From assembly GCF_018350175.1 (NCBI RefSeq), contig NC_058369.1, forward strand, positions 15,812,001 through 15,876,000: 64,000 bases of DNA, given 5' to 3'. The number at the start of each line of letters is the position of its first letter. The stretch's first letter is position 1. A model generated the notes under the pieces. That model was not told the origin of the DNA and made no database searches. It was given only the letters and a program-made list of their open reading frames with translations. Of the stretch, positions 1 through 11,186 are shown one piece after another. Origin of the DNA: Felis catus (lineage: Eukaryota). The position numbers and the translations under genes were made by a program.

Positions 1-535
1 GCAAGGTGCCTTGGAATAATAGTTTTAATGACACGTTTAAGGTGACGTGTTTAAGGCGTGCATTCCCAGTCGTGTGGACAATCGAGTCATATACTTTTCT
101 CTGAGTCAAGGTTAAGTCATCTGGAAAAAGGACCACCAATTCCTTGGGACTAGAGTAATCCTATAGAAATCTTTCTCCAAATAAGAATGACCAGAGGCTG
201 ACCAACTTGAGAGTGGTGCTAATCCTTCTTTGCAATCTTACGCCCCCTAACATGGGCTTCCCTCTGCCTTCACACAGAGCAGGCCTGTACACACAGGGCC
301 AGGAACATCCTGCAGGTCCACATGCCCCCTCTTATCCCCGGGCCCACCTCTAATCCTTGTAACCACCCAGTTCTCCATGCCCATCCATTGCCCATATCTT
401 CTCTCTAACCATGAGTGCTGCTCACCTCTGATTTTCTGAAATGGTCAAAGTCAAGGAACCAGGCTTCCATTGTCCTCCTTTGGGCCCTCTGGCCACACTT
501 TCTCTTGTGGAGGAGCTGGGAGTGTGTGTGTAGCA

Positions 536-614
536 GGGTGGGGGTGGGGTGGGGTGGGGTGCAGGGGTGGGGTGCGGGGGTGGGGTGCGGGGGCGGGGTG
601 GAGTGCGGGGGCGG
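536..614 (+). repeat. (GGGGT)n-like G-rich repeat, potential G-quadruplex
   Basis: More than ten runs of 3-5 G separated by short loops. Confidence 0.9.
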
Positions 615-832
615 TTACAACCACCCACACCTAAAATCTGGGCTGGCCCCAAAGTGGAGAGCATAGTTCAGAATAATCCTTCTTCCCCTTCCCAAACTTC
701 CCCCAAACCTGCAAAGTATCTCCCACCAAGTTTTCAGGATGCCCCAAACTCCCGGGAGGAAGCATAGCATTCCTTCTGATTGGAGGGCTGATCTCTGAAA
801 AGTCCTTGTTCCAACACAGTGGGTCATGAAAT

Positions 833-853
833 GGGGGGGGGGGGGGGGGGGGG
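833..853 (+). repeat. poly-G homopolymer (21 G)
   Basis: Direct reading. Confidence 0.95.
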
Positions 854-1125
854 AAACCTTGGACTTGAAGACAGCCCAGGGGAGAGACAGGGACAGAAAA
901 CTCGAGAGCCACAGAGCACTCGAGACACATGGGCCTCCTGGATAATTTTGCCTGAGGCCTAAATGGAGCAAATTTCCCACCATCCTGACCCACACAAGGC
1001 TTGTTCCACACTCTATGCCCCATCCTCTTCCTGTATCCCTCCCTTCACCCTGAATCCTAACCCAGATCCCCCACAAGCAGAGGACTTTTAGGAATCTTAT
1101 ATAAAGACCTAGGTAGAAATGAGGG

Positions 1126-1182
1126 GAACACAGCCAGGAATGAGTCCATACACGCTACTCTTTTATTTGTGCATATGATACA
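1126..1182 (-). terminator. XCR1: Putative XCR1 polyadenylation signal
   Basis: Minus strand: TGTA (1182-1179), AATAAA (1167-1162), CA about 21 nt downstream (1142-1141), then a GU-rich GGCTGTGTTC element. Confidence 0.6.
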
Positions 1183-4100
1183 ATGACGCTTTCTGTCTTT
1201 ATGATACCAGTCGTAATTCCTATTTGGGGCTGAATCACTGGCAAAGCAAGTACTTTTACACACATGATCTCATGTGTATCTTCATTGTGTGAATAGAGTC
1301 TGTCTTTGTGCTTTTGGCCTTTATACAGCTTTACAGATGAGGACGCGGAGAGTCTGGGAGGCCCGTGGTCACAGTGATTCAGTAAAGGACCTTAGATTTG
1401 GCGTTTGGGTCCAAGGCTCACATCCCAAGGGCCTTCTCAGACAATCTCCTTTGGGATCTGTTCTCCTGGTTTTTCCAGACTCATGGGCCTCTTTGTCCCG
1501 TCACAGGGAGGCTTTACAAATGAAAGCTGTCAGGAGTTCAGCAAACCAGGCGATGTGTGGGCTGATGGGCCATAGGGAAGAGTCATGGGACGCCATTGGG
1601 CAGTGCCTGGTGTTGACCAGAAGGTATAATGTAAGCAAGTGTGGAAAGAAAAAACAGAAGTAGGAAAAAGCCAGAAAGATGCTCTCCTATTCACTTACTC
1701 AACCAACCACAAACATTGCCGGGCGCTGAGGGAGGTTCTAGATCGGCCACACATGGCTTCTGCCCTTGAGGAACTTGCATTCTGGCTGGGGTCATCTGAG
1801 GTCTGGGGCTGCCCTGGGCTTGGAGTTCCTATTCAGAGACCAGCAAGGCTCCTCCCTTCCGGGTTTTGTCCAAGAGAGTGGGGTGGTGGGAATGCTGTGA
1901 AGACATCTCCCCTAGGAACTCCCGTGGATTTTTTTGTGTTCCCGGAGCAGCAGAAGGTCCGCAGCCCTGTGTCCAGGGCAACTTTTATTGACTCTCGTGG
2001 GACAGGCCCACAAGAGTGCAGCTGTGGTTCAGTGGGCAGAGGGAGGGGACAGCAGGAGGTTGTGGCCAACACAGTGTGTGGTCAAGGTGGCCACTAGTGT
2101 GCAGTGCTCTGGCTGATTTTTTTCAGCAGTGCTGCCCGTAGGCTCCTTTTCTGATAGGGCGTCTTCCCAACACGTCTCTGTTTCTCTGTGCCTCTTGCCT
2201 CGGTTTCCCAAGGAACTAAATTAGGAGAAGACGCTCTACTGTCTACCCTTGGAGAAACATCACGAGAAATGTAAGGACATGGACATGACTGTGTTTAGCG
2301 AAGTGCTCTCAGGGGTATGGCTGAATGTGTCGGAAGAAAGGCTTAGATGAACATCTTTGGAGGTGAAGGGATGGGATGGGTGAGGAGCAAACGAGGCGAG
2401 TCTCTGTAGTGACGACCCCCCTCCCAACCTGCCTTCCAGGAAGAGTGGCGTTAAGACCGCACTGCGTTGGTTTGGGGGGTTGCGAGCTGGAATCGTCTCC
2501 CCTTCTCCTCCCAGGGCTCGGCCTGCCCTCTGAATAAAAGTCAAACAAAACTTTAATAATACTAGTTTGAAGGGGGTGCTGGACGAGTACCCCGATCAGA
2601 AGCCCGAAGGCTTAACTCTGAGCCACGACTACCTCATTGCCTCTTTCCTTTTGCTGTTTCTTCTGTCCGTGCTGAGTGATGTCCCCACCTATTGGCTGGC
2701 AAGTCCATGAGAGCTTTATCCTTTCATGAGGGTCCGAGACTCAATGCGTTTGATAACTGTGCAGAGGCAGGCTGCTGGTGAGACGGTCTGGCCCCTGCCT
2801 GACCGGACGGCTGTGCCGGCTGGTTTTGGAGGGGTTGGCTCTGCTCAGTCCTCGGTGACTGCCGGGTGAGACCGTCTGCAGGGCCAACGTGAGCACATCC
2901 TAAAGTAAGCATAGTCAGAGTGCAATCTGGATGCTGAAAACCCGCAGCTAGATGGGAGACGTGTTGCATATGATAGCTCCAGCTTCTGTCACATGAGCTG
3001 GCCCCTGCATATTCGGCCCATGATTCTTTGGGGGAAGGAACGAATGGAGTAAGTGCCACCTTCTGCGTGAAGCATTTACTTGGGGGATATAAAGATGATG
3101 AGATACCACTGTCTCTCTCCGAATGCCAAGAGCCCAGCTCCAAAGGTCCAGATAAGTAAACACCCACCTTGGCCAAGGCACCCAGGGTGAAGATTCCTGC
3201 AACACCTCCTGCTTTCAGGATGGATATTGAGCTGACCCTTCAGATTCATCACTGTCACCAGGAATGTTCTCCACCTGCCTGATGGGTGGCACCCGCCTTC
3301 CCTGGCCACGCCCGTTCCAAACCTGAGTCATCTTTGAGTCTGGTGCTTCCCCTCCCTCCACCCCCACGGCCCAGTCCTGCTGACTCTGCCTTTCCCCCAT
3401 TCCCTCAGAGTTGTTCTTGCCCACGGTGGCTGCGTGTCCGTGGTTCCACCCCCAGATGACCTCGCTTCCTCAGCAACCTCCTGCGGTGCATCTCTTTCCC
3501 CACCCAGTGTGCTCTGAATGGACCCCGGGGTGCTTCAGGACCCTCAGCGGCTCCTCATCTCTTGCAGATAGAGCCCCAACACCTCAGCAAGTCTTTCCGG
3601 GCCCCTGCAAGTTGGCACCAAGGAACTTTCCCAAACTTCCTGCGGGCAGGAACCTGGTCTTCCGACCTGCTAGGCATGGGCCCTGGTGTTCCATCACTGT
3701 GTGTGAGTGGGAGCAAAGAATGACAGGTGTCACTATTCTTCCAACGTATGTATTTTGGGGGGCCATGCCTGGGGGGCACGTGCCTCTTGCCCCAGGAGGC
3801 TAGTTTACAGATATTAACCTTTCTTCCCTAGTCTACACTCTCAGAGCACCACGCTTATTCGTCTCTGTGGCAATGGCTGTCACTTGACCTTGCTTTTTGG
3901 TTAGCAGCACACATGCCTGCCTCCTACACTGTCCCATAGCTTCACATCCCAAGGACGTACGTGAAAGCCACCTTCTAACCTTTCCATACAACAAACCTGG
4001 TCCCGATCTGTAAACCTGATTTAGTTCTGGAGCGGGGCCTTTGGAAAAGCTCCCCAGGTGATTCTGACGTGCACCCCAGTTAGGTACATTCGGCTGTAAC

Positions 4101-4679
4101 TCCTTGAATTCCAGAGTCTTCCACAGTCCCCAGAGTGGGACTTTGCACACGGGAAGCACGGAATATATGCTTGTTGAATAAAGTAGCTCGTAATAACAGC
4201 CCTCGGCTGGAGCTTAGAGAGCATGTGAAGCCTTCTCCTCTTCACCTCCGGCTACAGTTTCCATGACGTATTTGCACTTGGGTGGCCAGGCTTGGAGGCG
4301 TTTTGCTTGGCTGGGGAAGACTGAAGGTCCAGTTTTAAGAATTAGGCCAGTAGCACCTGCTGGAAAGGACTGAGTCTCGGACCCTCATGAAGTCTTGGAA
4401 GATCCTCCTTTCTGGGACTCCTTCCAAGTCTCAGAGCCTTCTGAACGAAGCGATGTCTAAGCGAATGAATTAATAAAGGCAAGAGTGATGAAGTCAGAAT
4501 TCAAGGCTTGTTTCTGTGGATGGCAGTATAACATTTCCAGCTGGGAGCCACTTTCTGCAGAAGGGGCGACAAGTGGGACCTGCTGGTGGAAAGGTACTGC
4601 TTTGGCCCCCAGCCCCATGGCCTTGGCATTCCCCACGGTGCCCTCCACGGTGCTCCTTCCCGCACCACCGGACTCCCTT

Positions 4680-5675
4680 TCAAAAGAAGGAGGCGCCCTC
4701 ATAGTTGAAGGTGCCCAGGGTGTGAGGGGGGATGCTGGACGCCTGCTGCCGACAGAGCCAGAAGTGCCGGACCAGACTTTTGAGATGCCTGCGGAACTTG
4801 ACCCCGACAAAGACGTAGAGCACCGGGTTGAAGCAGCAGTGGGAGAAGGCGACGTTGCGGCAGATGAGCAAGGCGTAATCCAGCTGCTGGATGAACTCGC
4901 AGCTCTGGATGACGCTGAGTTTCAGCAGTGTCTGTAGAAACAGGATCAGGTTGTAGGGAGCCCAGCTGAGGAAGTACACCACCACGATGGTGAAGATGAG
5001 CCGGACCGTCCGGTGGTGCCGTTTGGACCGCGAGCGGAACAGGGTCCTGAGAATCTCCACGTAGCAGAACAGGATGATCCCGACGGAGAGCAGGAAGATG
5101 ATGTTGTGCTGGTAGACCGAGGCTATGAACCATCTGACTTCCGAATAGTTGCAGCCCGAAGGAAACACCTTGTGGAAGATGGCATCGATGATTGAGGACA
5201 GGATGCTGGTCGCCCACACGGCCGCGGTCACCAGCACACGGCACTGGAGGGTGTGGACGCGCATGGACGAGAGGGGCCTCACCACCGACACGTAGCGGTG
5301 GACGGTCATGATGGTCAAGAAGAAGATGCTGCTGTAGAGGCTGATGGAGAAGATCATGTTGAGGAGCTTGCAGAGGAAGTCCCCCAGCACCCAGCCCCAG
5401 TGGTACCCCAGGATCCACACCGGCAACAAGAAGGAGAAGGCCACGTCTGAGAGGCACAGGTTGAGGATAAAGACGTTGGTGAGGGACTCCAGGCTCTCGA
5501 ACTTCACCAGGACCCACAACACCAGGCTGTTGCCCACCAGGCTGAGGAGAAACACCAGGAAGTACAGGATGGTGGTGCTGAGGGTGGCAAAGGCGAAGTT
5601 CTTGCTCTCACACAGAAAGCTCTGATCGTCATACTCAAAAGGAGTGGTGGACTCTGGGATGCCTGAGGGCTCCAT
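4680..5675 (-). CDS. XCR1: X-C motif chemokine receptor 1 (lymphotactin/XCL1 receptor), 331-aa class A GPCR, single coding exon
   Basis: Intact ATG-to-TGA ORF with 7 hydrophobic segments: GNSLVLWVL (TM1), LNLCLSD (TM2), the XCR1-characteristic HRY instead of DRY (H126-R127-Y128, 5300-5292), WAPYN (TM6), HCCFNPVLY (TM7) and C-terminal YEGASF. Colinear with human XCR1 as I recall it. Confidence 0.98.
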   Translation of the reverse strand: MEPSGIPESTTPFEYDDQSFLCESKNFAFATLSTTILYFLVFLLSLVGNSLVLWVLVKFESLESLTNVFILNLCLSDVAFSFLLPVWILGYHWGWVLGDFLCKLLNMIFSISLYSSIFFLTIMTVHRYVSVVRPLSSMRVHTLQCRVLVTAAVWATSILSSIIDAIFHKVFPSGCNYSEVRWFIASVYQHNIIFLLSVGIILFCYVEILRTLFRSRSKRHHRTVRLIFTIVVVYFLSWAPYNLILFLQTLLKLSVIQSCEFIQQLDYALLICRNVAFSHCCFNPVLYVFVGVKFRRHLKSLVRHFWLCRQQASSIPPHTLGTFNYEGASFF

Positions 5676-5692
5676 CTAGACATGGAGAGCAT

Positions 5693-5734
5693 CTGAAATG
5701 AAAGAGATGAGGAGTTTCGAGCCACATGGTTAGG
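5693..5734 (-). promoter_or_regulatory. XCR1: 3' splice acceptor and branch point of the XCR1 coding exon
   Basis: Minus strand reads CTAAC (5734-5730, branch-point consensus) ... CTCCTCATCTCTTTTCATTTCAG|ATG. AG is at 5694-5693; the exon starts at 5692, 17 nt before the start codon. Confidence 0.85.
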
Positions 5735-5775
5735 CGAGGATCGATAGGACCCACGTTATAAAAAAGGGTGGTCCA

Positions 5776-5942
5776 GGGGCGCCTGGGTGGCTCAGTCAGT
5801 TGAGCATCTGACTTCAGCTCAGGTCGTGATCTCACGGTCCATGAGTTCGAGCCCCGCGTCGGGCTCTGTGCTGACAGCTCAGAGCCTGGAGCCTGCTTCG
5901 GATTCTGTGTCTCCCTCTCTCTCTGCTCCTCCCCCCCCTCAT

Positions 5943-5979
<37 letters not shown>

Positions 5980-6000
5980 AATAAATAAAACATAAAAAAG
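5776..6000 (+). mobile_element. CAN/SINEC SINE
   Basis: GGGGCGCCTGGGTGGCTCAG head, B box GAGTTCGAGCCC, (CT)n, A tail; 15-bp TSD AAAAAG(G/T)GTGGTCCA at 5761-5775 and 6001-6015. Confidence 0.95.
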
Positions 6001-6269
6001 AAAAAGTGTGGTCCATGGTCCAGCCGCCCATCATGAACTATTTGTAATGAGACTAAGAACTTTTGCCGAAACATGAAGCCACTAAGCAAACTGTATAGTT
6101 TGGTGGGCATTTTTTTTCTTAGCCAGGCTCTCTTGATGGGGGAAGTGGTGCATTCATTCACGTTCATTTACTCTGTCACAAGCCCACTTTCTCTTGAAGC
6201 CTGGCATTGGAGTAGCACTAAGCTAGACCGGTCTCCCAGTAGGTGTATGAGAAAGAGCAGCGGAGCCAG

Positions 6270-6420
6270 ATTCAAAGAACTGAGATCAAATTTGGACCCC
6301 ATGACTGTATTTCTGGGCCAGCTATCTAACCTTCCTGACCCTAAGGTCCTCATCTATAAAACAGGGCTAAGGATCCCCACATTGTTCCTTCGTCTATTTA
6401 CCAAGTGTCTAAGTGAGCGT
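6270..6420 (+). mobile_element. MIR remnant
   Basis: CCTCATCTATAAAACAGGG resembles the MIR core. Confidence 0.5.
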
Positions 6421-6444
6421 TGACTCTGCCTGCCTGCCTTCCTC

Positions 6445-6490
6445 ACTCTGTCTCTCCCCCTATCCCTTCCTCCCTCCCTCCCTCTCTCCC

Positions 6491-6538
<48 letters not shown>

Positions 6539-6566
6539 TTCTTTCTTTCTTTTTTTCTTTTTTTCT

Positions 6567-6620
<54 letters not shown>

Positions 6621-6640
6621 CCCTCCTCTCCTTCCTTCCA
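6445..6640 (+). repeat. compound (CCCT)n/(TTTC)n polypyrimidine microsatellite
   Basis: Direct reading. Confidence 0.95.
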
Positions 6641-7992
6641 TAAATCCTGACGGCAAGATTGTTTCAGGAAGCTTGCTGTCTCTTGGAACAGGTCCAAAAA
6701 GAAAGGAGCAAACATCTCCCATGTGAACTCAGGTAGGAAATAATCTCAAGACTCCGATGAACACTGAGACTCTGGGAGACCAAATCGTCACTAACACAGA
6801 TGTTCTGTGGAAGAAAGTATATGCAGAGTGACCTCTGAGGACCAAAGGAGCCATAAGGCAAAAAGAAAAAAAAAAAAAAAAGCTGACCGGTCCAATTTGC
6901 CAAGAAATGGTTTAGTAAAGGATCTTATGGACAGAAGTCTGTCTGGGATGGCTGCGAGTCGAGTAGATCTCGCTCGAGTAGATCTCCCCACCTCCCATAA
7001 GACCTGATCTTATAGCCCTAGAGGCTGGGGAGTACTCCTGGGAGACTCTCAGGAGGAAATGTTTGAGAGTAGCTGTGTGTCATAGTCTTGTCTCCAGAGC
7101 AGGTCAAGGCCGCTATGCCCCAAGTGTATACTTACGGGTTCTTAATCATGCCCGTGGTTGGACAAAAAAGAAAGAATGGTGGTGGTGGTGGTGTGGGGGG
7201 GGGGCTTGGGGGGGACTGTGCTCAAGAAGGCTCCAGGTCACAGAGTGGTCACCATGGTAGATTTGTCCAAGATGGCGTCAGGCTGGTTGACGCGGAGGAT
7301 TAACTCTCAGAGCAGAAAGCCGCCTCACGCGGGAGTCTGGTTTACAGAACTTCCTACAGAGGCAAGCAAGCGGAAGCAACCTAAGTATCCGGTCGGAGGG
7401 AAGTCGCTAAGAAACCCGCACGGAGTCACATTGATTCGATCCTCGGCGCCAGTGAGGTTTTGGAAACGGGGAGACTAGAAGGCCGAGGAGAGGAAAGGGA
7501 ACGTGACGGAAGAGCCAGAACTCTCGTTGAAAGAGGTGAGTGAAGCTTTGGGGAGGAAGACGGGAGACTGGGCGAAGCGGCTGCCTGCACCACGTAGGGG
7601 CCCCCTCGTCACCTACTAGGTGCCAGGCACTGCGCTGGCACAGGCTACTCGTCTGCTCCCTCCGTGCGGTGACTGTCTGCAAGGCCGTCAGAGACACTGA
7701 GGCTCCGACTGGTGAAATGGCCTTCTCAGTGTTAATAGAGCCAGGGAGCAGGGAGGAGGGCCAAGCCGGGAGCCAGACCTAGGCTCTCCTGCCTTGTATT
7801 TGGAGAAGGAGAATTGGAAAGGTAGCCCGAGTGTCTCACTTACCTAGTTAGGGGCAGGAGGAATAACAAAGGGGGTCTCCAGCATGTCCTATTTTTAATA
7901 CTGTTTTCTTATGGATTTTAAGAGCACTCCTTAGTCTTGTCAATCCGTTGGGCCTTTTCTTTTTCGCCTTTGCTTTAAAGTTTATTTATTTA

Positions 7993-8190
7993 GGGGGGCC
8001 TGGGTGACTCAGTGGGTTGATTGTCTGACGTCAGCTCAGGTCACGATCTTGTGGGTTGTGAGTTTGAGCCCCACGTCAGTCTCTGTGCTGACAGCTCAGA
8101 GCCCGCTTCGGATCCTGTGTCCCCCCCTTCTCTCTGCCCCTTCCCCGCTTGTGCTCTCTGACAAATAAATAAACACTAAAAGTAGAAAAA
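7993..8190 (+). mobile_element. CAN/SINEC SINE inserted in the tail of an opposite-strand SINE
   Basis: SINE head and tail; TSD TAAAG(T/G)TTATTTATTT at 7976-7991 and 8191-8206. Confidence 0.9.
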
Positions 8191-8204
8191 TAAAGGTTAT
8201 TTAT

Positions 8205-8258
<54 letters not shown>

Positions 8259-8259
8259 G

Positions 8260-8291
<32 letters not shown>

Positions 8292-8443
8292 AAGAGAGAG
8301 AGAGGGAGAGAGAGAATCCCAAGCAGGCTTCACCCTGTCAGTGCAGAGCCTGATGCGGGGCTCACTCTCACAAATGGTGAGATCATGACCTGGACCGAAA
8401 TCGAGAGTTGGAAGCATAACCCAAAGAGCCACCTAGGCGCCCC
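8191..8443 (-). mobile_element. CAN/SINEC SINE with expanded (GA)n
   Basis: Reverse-complement SINE ending GGCGCCCC at 8443. Confidence 0.9.
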
Positions 8444-9933
8444 AACCCACTGCGCTTTTTAGCTTTTCATTCTGTCCGGGTCTTTTCATTTTTTTGACAT
8501 TTAGAAAGTAGGAGCTTACATCTGATTCAATACAACAGTACCTGATGACCTGTGACGTAGGGCAGGCCCTGTGACAGATGCTGGATTCTTGGGTGGAAAC
8601 ACGACTAATAAATAGTCTCTGTCTGCAAGAGGCTTGTAGTTCGGAATGACATCAGAAATCGTACAAAAGTCTGGGACCTCCTGTCGTGTGACTAGTTGGA
8701 CGTGCAGGTAGTTTGGGACAGGAACCTTGTACGCACCCCTTACGTCGTATAGGTGATCCCCAAGTCTGCTGCTTGGCTCTTGTCTTCCCCTGACCCAGAC
8801 CCAGTGGAGGCCGACCCATCTTCTTAACATTGGTGCCCCAGCTGCATGGTTGGAAATTTCTCAAAATGAAATGGCTTCTCCTGACAAAGGAGGTAGGTAC
8901 CTTGTCCCTCTTTTAATTTAGTAAAAAAAACAAGTGGCTTTACACACTCTCGGTGTCGTCACATCCCTTGTGACCACCGAAGAAAGCACCGGAGAGATGG
9001 GGTGGCTTCCTGCGCTGATGATTTGCGTGGAATCACCGAAGCAGAATAGTCACACGTCTCTCCTTGTAGTGGAGTTCACACATTTTCTGCTCAACTCTCC
9101 AGAATAAAAGAAGTCCTCGGGCTGGTCTGGGATGACAGGAAGCCAGTGACCAAAGTGCTCAACGTCGATATCTCCCGCCTCACCTAGTCTTTTCCTGATC
9201 TGTGGTCCTGAGTAGTGCAGCTGGAGTGGGTTGGTAAGAGAACTTTCCAGTTCCTGTTCTGCCAGGTTACCAAGTACTGAATTATTTACTATGGTGAAGA
9301 GAACACTAAGTGGGTTTCACTTCTCAGTAAAGGCTGAGTAAGCTCCGGTGAACTATGCACAAACCCTGGAACAAAAATGAAAACCGAACCCAGAAACCTT
9401 CCTGTGGGCACTGCTGAGCTACCAAAACATGGTAAACATTGGAAGGGACTGGGCATCTGAAAAAGGAGAACGGCTGAATGGTGGGAGTCCTACTTTTATG
9501 ACTTTGGCCTCGGGGCAGGACCCGGTCACGAGGGGCAGCTGAAATTCCAGTAGCAAAGTCACCACTTTTTGGTCTTGAAAAACCAGAGGGCTGAGTTTAG
9601 GACAACCACAGCCACTGGAGAGGAGGTGAGGGGACATCACAGAGAGGCTGTCCTCACTCTCTAGCTGACCTCTGAACCAGGAATGTCCCCTGGGAAAACC
9701 GGAGGCACCGAACTGAAATGGGCTCACTGCCCGCTTCAGGGGAGGCCGAGTTTAGAACGTGAGCCGGCCACGTTGATTATGTGCGGAAACCAACAACATA
9801 TAAAACAATCAAAACTTTTCGGAAGAATGAAACAGAATCCGGTCTGCACAGCATGACGTCCACGATGATGAGGCTACAATACCACCTGTGCCGCATAGGG
9901 ACAAAAAGCAGAACGTGGCCCCTCCTCAAAAAC

Positions 9934-10125
9934 GTGGCGCCTCGGTGGCTCAGTCGGTTAAGCATCTGACTTCAGCTCAGGTCATGATCTCGCGGTTCGT
10001 GGGTTCAAGCCCCACATCAGGCTCGCTGCTGTCAGCGTAGAGCCCGCTTCGGATCCTCTGTCCCCCTCTCTGTGTCCCTCCCCTGCTTGCGCTCTCCCCA
10101 AAAGAAAATAAATGTATAAAAAAAA
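9934..10125 (+). mobile_element. CAN/SINEC SINE
   Basis: A/B boxes, CT region, A tail. Confidence 0.9.
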
Positions 10126-10368
10126 GATAAGAAACTGACCCTGAGATGCCCCAGATATTAGAATCTACAGATATGCATGGGAATGCAACTCTTTTCACTG
10201 TGCCCCAGAGACTACAGGGAAATATATCCCTAATGAATGGACAGGGAAATCCCAGCAGAGAAGGAGAAAAAAAAAAAAATCTATGAAAGAACCAAAAGGA
10301 AGTAGAAACCAATAACCATAAGATATCTGGAAGAGCCAAAATAATTTGGAAGGAAAACAACATACTTC

Positions 10369-10590
10369 TTTTTTTTTAAATTGTTTTAATGTTTTTATTT
10401 ATTTTTGAGATAAGGAGACGGGGCAGGGGGAGGGAAGAGAGAGAGAGAGAGGGAGACACAGGATCCGAAGCAGGCTCCAGGCTTTGAGCTGTCAGCACAG
10501 AGGCTGACGTGCGGCTCAAACTCATGAACCGTGAGATCATGACCTGAGCTGAAGTCAGACGCTTAAAGGACGGAGCCACCCAGGTGCCCC
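10369..10590 (-). mobile_element. CAN/SINEC SINE
   Basis: Reverse SINE with degenerate TSD (AAAACAACATACTTCT / AAAGCAATATGCTTCT). Confidence 0.92.
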
Positions 10591-11186
10591 CTAAAGCAAT
10601 ATGCTTCTAAAGAGTCTGAGTCAAAGAAGAATTCACAGGCAAACTGTGAAATATTTGGAACTGAATACTAAGAATAAACGGCACATGTTAAAATTCATGG
10701 CACACAACTGAAGCATACTTAGAGACAAATTTATACCTTTCAATGCTTAGGGTAGAAAGAAAAGAGGCCTAAAATTAAGGATCTGAAATCAATGATTCAG
10801 AAGCTGGGCGGAAAAAAAAAGGCAAATTAAAACCCAAAGAAAGTAGAAGAAAGGAAATCAAGATAAAAGAAGAAATAAAGAAATAGAGAATAAGAAGAGA
10901 GAAAATGTGCAAAACCAAAAGTGGTTGCTTGAAAATTTTTTTTTGAAATACAATAAAATTCTAGCTACATTGAGAGCAGAAAGAAAGAGGACACAAATTC
11001 TGAATAGCAGATTTGAAAGAATGGTTATTGCTGTAGATTATTGCTCTACAGATAGATCTTACCAACTTTAAATGACTAACAAAGGAAAAAAAAAACAAAA
11101 AGAATAAATGACAAAGAACCATTATGATCAATTTTATGCCAGATTCAACAACTTACATAAAATGGACACATTTCTTTAAAAATTTA

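Noticed and set aside
4485..5625. 272-aa alternative-frame ORF (4699-5517, minus) and antisense ORFs overlapping XCR1
   Set aside because: Expected by-products of the very GC3-rich XCR1 codon usage; low-complexity translations with no recognisable homology.
5776..5860. tRNA-like A/B boxes
   Set aside because: Heads of tRNA-derived SINEs, not tRNA genes.
6354..8432. K/E/R-rich and F/L/S-rich ORFs
   Set aside because: Translations of (TTTC)n and (GA)n microsatellites.
8950..8980. Short hairpin TCGGTG-TC-GTCACA/TGTGAC-CACCGA
   Set aside because: Too short for a pre-miRNA; no other support.
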